Shown here piece by piece: positions 58,083-64,000 of a stretch of DNA of 64,000 nucleotides. How positions within the stretch are numbered: the stretch's first letter is position 1; every line of letters starts with the position of its first letter. The DNA comes from Zygnema circumcarinatum SAG 698-1b. Its lineage: Eukaryota; Plantae; Zygnematophyceae. A program made the position numbers and the translations under genes. A model generated the notes under the pieces. That model saw only the letters and a program-made list of their open reading frames with translations, was not told the origin of the DNA and searched no databases. The stretch covers positions 2,365,331-2,429,330 of the forward strand of contig CM074819.1 in NCBI GenBank assembly GCA_037447605.1. Direction: 5' to 3'.

Positions 58083-61000
58083 TCCGTGACACGGATCTGA
58101 TGGTACCCCTGCGCAAGGTCGAGCGAGGTGAACACCTTCGCCCCTTGAAGACGGTCTAGAAGATCATCTATGCGCGGTAAAGCAAACCTGTTCTTTACCG
58201 TGATCTTATTGAGTGCTCGATAATCGATGCACATTCGCAAAGACCCATCCTTCTTTCCGACGAAAAGGATAGGGGCCCCAAAGGGGCTCTGGGTGGGTTC
58301 AATCCAGCCCTTATCACGCAGATTGGCGAGCTGCTTTCGCATCTCCTCAGTCTCCTTTGGACTGAGCCTATAGATAGGCCTCCAAGGAGGTTTCTGTTCT
58401 GGCTCAAGGGGTATGGTATGTCCTACCCCGCGGGCTGGAGGCAAACCCCTTGGCAGATCGTCTGGGAACACATCCTCAAACGCCAACAAGCGTGGCTGAA
58501 ACACGCTTGGGACAGCTGGCATTGTTTCACCAAGCAGTGGTTGCCACCTCCTGGTCCCCCGCCATGAGCGCCCTCGTTGTCGTCAAGCCATGACTTGCAC
58601 CATATAAACAAGCATGCTACTCGCTTTTAGTGCTCGCTTCCAATCGCATGGCGGAGCAATGTGAACTAATAAAGATGACCGACGCAGGCTGGTTCCCGGC
58701 GAGTGCCCGGGTTGCAGAGTCATGCGCTCTTCCTTCATCAACAAGGAGGACGCAATTAGGGGACAATACCTAACTGAAGCCCATAAGCGCCGCCTATTTG
58801 CTCCCCAAGATAAAGTTCTCGGGTTAATAACGCCAACAAGGGCCACCACCCCGAGTAAGATCAATCTTTTCACTTCACGCCGACGCTACCGTAAATCTGG
58901 GCCAAGGCCTGCCCATCCTCAAAGTTACACTATCGAATGAGGCCGGATCGCAAACCCCAGCCTCTCGACAGCGCCGCGCTAACAAAGTTAGCGTCCGCGC
59001 CAGTGTCCAGCAAAACCACTGCTGAGTGTCCATCGGCCGAACCCTGGAAGGTCATAGCACGATGAGCCAAGTGGAAAATGGACCGTAGCACATTCGGTGC
59101 GTGGGGGCGCGCTAACCGCCACACAAGGGAATGAGGAGATTTCACCAGCGCACTGGTGGAAGCTCCAGGCACCCACCTAAGAAGGGAGAAGCCCTTCCTC
59201 CAAAGCTTTACCACTTTCCACTCAGTCTGTGGATAAGCCCTCACTGCCACGTGTTGTGGGAGCAGGACTCGCAGACTGAGTACATGGTCTTTCGACCGCA
59301 GCAAGCGCAAGGCATCAAATGCACATTGCACTAAGGCATCACTGCCCATGGCATTCAAGATAATTACATGCCATTCACTCATCAAGACAGCATTTCGGAA
59401 TGCTGTTGGAGTCACAATCATAAAAGGTAGCAATGAGTAATCAGTGGGGACAACAAGGCACACAAACAACATGTTCCCACTGAAAACTCCCCCAATCACT
59501 TTTAGAATGTCATCCTTCCCTGGAATACAACATTCTTCACCAGTGATAGCAGCTAAAGCGCTGCCCCCTCCTCCATCTATCCCTCCGGCAGGGACTCCTA
59601 AACTGCCGGTGGGGGCCCGTTTTCCGCCGGCCCTTTGCCCTTTCTATCTTTCTTGAAAGATGGGCAGTCGTAAGACCTATGCCCCACCTTCCTGCAGCGG
59701 AAACACTTGTTCTCCGCTTTCAAAGCCTCCATCTCCTGTGGAGCCAGTTTCGGCGTGGGAGGCCGTTGAAACTGCTGAGGATGAGAGGAAGTTGCCTTCC
59801 TCTTGCCGTTCCCCTTTGGACGACCGCTCGGCCCGCCAGGCTTCCGCGGTTGGTCCACTATGTCCGCACGCGGGGGACGGGAAGGCCCTGCACCATCTGT
59901 AGGCGCAACGTCAGTTTGGACTGCAGCTGCAAACATCAGCTCATCATCCATAGGTCCCCAAGGTTCCAAGGTACGAGGATTCNNNNNNNNNNTTGAGAAG
60001 TTCCGACTCGAACTTCTCAAAGTCTTTGCCGATTAACGCCTTGCGGCCGGCATAGACGCTCCATGCCACGCCCCTCAAAGCGGGTGAAGCAAAGTTCACC
60101 CATTGATCGGGAGGGCATTGGGTAGCACACAGGTACCCACGCACCTGTCCCATCCAATGATCAATTGGGCAGTCGGCATGCGGCCGATCCCCCCATAAGG
60201 AGATCGTGAGGGACCTTCGCCCATTTCGGGAGGGTCCCAGCCGGCGATTCCCCAATGGGTCAGCCCCGGCCCCGCCAACAAGACATTCAGCCAAGGTGGA
60301 TTGCCGCCTGGCGTCCGGCCACTCAAAGTGAACGCGCCGCGTCGCCTCCCCACAAGGGAAGCGGGGCCGCGCTGGAGCGGAGCCCCCGCACTGGCCGGAT
60401 GCTCGTGGACTCCACGCTTCATCGCGATGCAACCTGGACGGGCGGTGAGGTACTCGTCATCTACAAGCGCCAGAGTTCTCTATTTCCCCTAGTGGGCTCT
60501 CGCCTTCCTACCGTAGACGTTTAAGACCAAGAGGAGGGGCAAAGTGGCTTACCAAGAGGCTGGAGGAGTGGGTCCCCTCGCGGTTCACTCACAAAGATTC
60601 ACAGGGAGGCGCCTAACGTTTGCGGAACGCTGCCCCGCCGGGTTCTCGCCATCCGGTGCCGCGCTTCTTCTGGGCCGCTGAAAGCGCTATTCATACTGCC
60701 TGGCTATGGAGGGACTTCATCCTCATCCATCGATGGGCACCCCCCATACTCACCGGGGTGTTCGGTACCGCCTGCTGGGCAGCCCCTTCCGGCCTCTCGC
60801 TCGTGGCGCCAAGTGGAGGCACCGCCGCCTACGCGGGTTAGCATCGGCGCCGCTTCCTTCCCAAGTAGCCGCCGGGTCGCCGAAGTTCCCGGCCCCCGTG
60901 GAAGAAGAAGGGGCAAATGAGTGTGGGGCCGGCGGCCCGCCCGGGTCCATGGGTCAGCCGTCGCCAGCTCGTTCGCTACCATGTCCACACGCCCCTCCTC

Positions 61001-61262
61001 CGGGACCTGAGAGGGAGGAGGTGAATGGCGTGACGCCATTTGTTTCGGCCGAGCCCTCGGCATCGCCTAGCAGAGCTTGCTGGCCCCACCCAAAGGGAAG
61101 TCCCGAGTTTCTAAACTCGGCTCTGATACCAATGTAACAAACCTGCCAACTACAAGGTTTGAACACAAGACCTCCCGGTACCCACACCAGTGCTTTACCA
61201 TTAAAAGGCAACCGCGGATGTAAGTACTAGGCCATACAACACATGTATAGCGTTTCGCTACA
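58083..61262 (-). mobile_element. 5' half of a chromovirus: short LTR 61133-61262, PBS, gag, linker, protease, RT N-terminus
   Basis: PBS TGGTATCAGAGCC; gag knuckle CFRCRKVGHRSYDC; LLDTGADANFVS; MCIDYRALN...DLAQGYHQI. Confidence 0.88.
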
Positions 61263-61985
61263 CGTAGGTAGGGGAATCGTACGGCGCAAGATTTGAGGTC
61301 GGCGGGGAGGAAGTTGGCGGGGTAATGTGTGTCGCTGGTATCGTGGCGTAATGGAGCCGTACACGAGGGGAGCTCTCATTTAATGTGCGCACGGAAAGCA
61401 TACAATTCGAGCCTGCTGTACAACACCGTGTACGTAGAGGCCTTGGACGGAGCTGTGAGGCCAAGGAAAATACCGCTGCATTGCCCCGCGGGTCCCCATT
61501 TGGCCGCAACAAACCGGACGAGATTCTTACACTGTGCCCCGGCAGCCCAAAAGATACCGGTATGCAGACTCCAGGGCTTGCCGCCCGCCCAGGCCTCGTA
61601 AGGGGTGCCGTGAGGGAGAGCAGAGGTGTGGTGAAAGGTTCGGGCGTAAGTGGCCGAGGGAGATGGCTTCACCAGAAGGCCATGGAGGCTCAAGAAGTGA
61701 AGCATGGGGAAATGCAGCCATGCCAAGGATGGTGCGGGAAGCGCCAAGAACTCCATTTTGCCGGGGTGTAGGGAGCTGTAGTCTCGTGGGTAAGGCTAAG
61801 GTATTTGGAGAAGGGGCGTGTGGGACATAAACTTCGTCAATGCGAGGGTCTTTGATGCGCTGCCGAAGGGCTCCCCGTGATTGGCTTTGAACTCTTGAAG
61901 CGGAGAAAAACGCCTTCTAATTTGTGAGCTATGGGAAAGACATGGGTAAAATGAGTCGCTTGGTCAATGAACGTGACAAAATATG
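61263..61985 (-). mobile_element. Integrase fragment of the second copia family
   Basis: Aligns to 49750-50320; also reads YFVTFIDQATHFTHVFPIAHKLE near 61920-61985. Confidence 0.75.
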
Positions 61986-61990
61986 ATGTG

Positions 61991-62026
61991 AAAAAACCCT
62001 AAAAAACCCTAAAAACCCTAAAAACC
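61991..62026 (+). repeat. Telomere-like A5-6CCCT tract
   Basis: AAAAAACCCT AAAAAACCCT AAAAACCCT AAAAACC directly before an LTR. Confidence 0.8.
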
Positions 62027-64000
62027 TGTAACAACCTGCCCCTTGGCAGGCTGCTCTGAGAGTCTAAGTGTCAAGAGAGGAAGAGAGAGAGAGAGAGGAG
62101 CGTGAGCTCAATGCTGGTACAAAGAGCTCGGATGAGCCTTCCCATCCGCTGTACTCTTAAGCTCCCCTTCAACCCCTACCAAAGATGGGAGGACCCGAGC
62201 CGGATCGCCTAATCGTAGTCTTTACGCTGGCGGTGATCCTACTGAGTATCGGCCGACAAGTGCTCCGCGGGTCTCGCCAAGATCTCACGGGCTGTTGTCG
62301 CTACAAGGCCACCGCGGCAATGGCCAAGACGCTTGCGTCCGGACAGAGTCGATTGCCAGCTCATCCGCATAGCACGGACGGCATTTCTAGTCAAAAGACG
62401 CCACGATTCCGCTGGGTCACGCCACAGCCGGGCTGGCCGACGTATGGCGCGCTACGGCCAATCTTCGCCGCTGATCCGTGATACGGTGCGTCTGCGACAC
62501 CCGCATTTTACCCACCAAGACGCATCCAAAAGAGATCCTTTGCACGCCATTAAGTGATCGAGCCCAAGACCCCGCTGTCTTGGCAACGCTTCTAACCTAT
62601 CCGCCAGCGCCGAGATGAAGGGATACTCATAGTATCACTATGAGTACGCCTCCGGGGTCACGCTGTAGCGTTACGCTACATTACTCCCCCCTGTGAGTAT
62701 GTGAACGCCCTCGTTCACTGGGAAAAAGTAATCTTGGCAGCCCGCAGTTTAAGAGGTACGCGCCTCTGTCTGCGGGGTGTACGGGAGGGCTCAGCGTTAA
62801 TCCCGGTCAAGTCCTTTCCGAGTAGCGCGTGGACGGTTTGGGAACCCCCCTAGCCGCCCTCGCCCGCTCACCAACGGTCTGCGCCTCCCAGTACAATCTC
62901 AGGAGTCTCCGTGCAATTTGTCAGATTGCTCTCACGTTCCCACGTGCTATGTTCAACCCCATAGCCCAACCATTTCTATCGAGATATTCGTGGGCGGAAG
63001 TTCCACCTCTTACCACGCTCCCGTGGGTTCGATGGTATTCTCAATTTCATACCTCCGAGGTCACCAACTTCCACCGGAGGGAGGTGGTCGACTCTCCCAT
63101 CGCCGCGTATGCCTTAAGAAGCCCCACGTGAAAGACCGGATGCACTTTCATCTGAGCCGGTAAAGCCAACCGTGTTTACTCACCGATCACGCTTCACCTA
63201 ATCGAAAAGGTCCCATGAAGCCAGGCCACAACTTCTACTTCGGGTTCCGCCAGAAGTTCAGGGGCGAAGTTCGACGCGCGGCCAGCTAGCATTCTCGACG
63301 CTTACAAATAAGGTTAATGCAAAGACGACGACACCGCCGATAGGCTTCGGGCCAGCGACCGGCCGCTAATGTGGTCTCCGCTTTGCCCTTCAGAACGGAC
63401 ATTTTCCTCGAAAGGAAAGCACTAACGCGGAGGTTGACTCCGCCAAATTCTCTCATGCCCCAAGGATCTGGGAGCCTGTGAACATCCATGTTCCACACAT
63501 CTGGCTGCTGATCTCTTGGCTGCAGGGGATTTAGAGGATGCTGACCAAAGTTTAAGAAGAAAGGAGTGGTACCGATTGATTCCTGGAATGCATTGTTAAT
63601 GGCATACTCACCACTGGAGCTCATCCCATCCATCCCGGATGGGTCCCACATAGCTCCTCAAATAGTCTTCCTGCATCCGCTCACCCGGGCCATCTGCCTC
63701 GAGGGGCGAAGGTCAGACTCATAGCCCGCTTAGTCCCGGAGTAATCCTGAGGATTTCTTTCCAAAATGCCCCTGTGAATCGGGTATCACGACCGAGATGA
63801 TTCCCGTGACCGGGTCCATGCCGCATCTGCATCTTTGTCAACATATATACCGCTAAGCATACGCACTGCCTTAGGCGCGAAGTTGGTCGCAAAATGCACC
63901 ATTTTGCTCAGCGTCGACAAAACATGCAGGGATGGAGTTAAAACTCGAAAGCCAGCCGCTGTAAAATCAGATCAAATCCATACCCACACTCCCACTTCCT
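62027..64000 (-). mobile_element. 3' end of a chromovirus: LTR 62027-62680, PPT, chromodomain, integrase (degenerate)
   Basis: LTR aligns to 50643-51295; PPT GGGGGAGTAA; EYAINNAFQESIGTTPFFLNFGQHP. Confidence 0.85.

Overview
Eukaryotic nuclear DNA with plant-type genes and GT-AG introns, probably from a streptophyte alga or early land plant (inference; no species call). The assembly is draft quality: many 10-N gaps, one 100-N gap and indel-rich TE copies. Positions 1-17.8 kb are genic: a CW-type zinc-finger gene (minus, runs off the window start), a complete 12-exon SnRK1 beta-gamma (SNF4) gene (minus), and a divergent gene for a probably plastid-targeted protein of unknown function (plus). 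Positions 20-33 kb and 39.6-64 kb are nested LTR retrotransposons (chromodomain Ty3/gypsy and Ty1/copia) with several MITEs. Between them lie the 5' part of a DHX35-like DEAH helicase gene and the last exon of a START/polyketide-cyclase gene. No prokaryotic, CRISPR or RNA-gene features were seen. The most interesting signals are in the retroelements: (1) copia LTRs that carry the Gag AUG inside U5 plus a covarying stem-loop; (2) a 3' LTR AUG that can splice in frame onto a host exon; (3) a gag-protease-only copia element; (4) a -1 frameshift cassette and an extra ~190-aa segment between Gag and protease in the chromoviruses; (5) a conserved terminal LTR hairpin. Also notable are a telomere-repeat uORF whose stop overlaps the SNF4 start and a MITE nested in a MITE with atypical target duplications.
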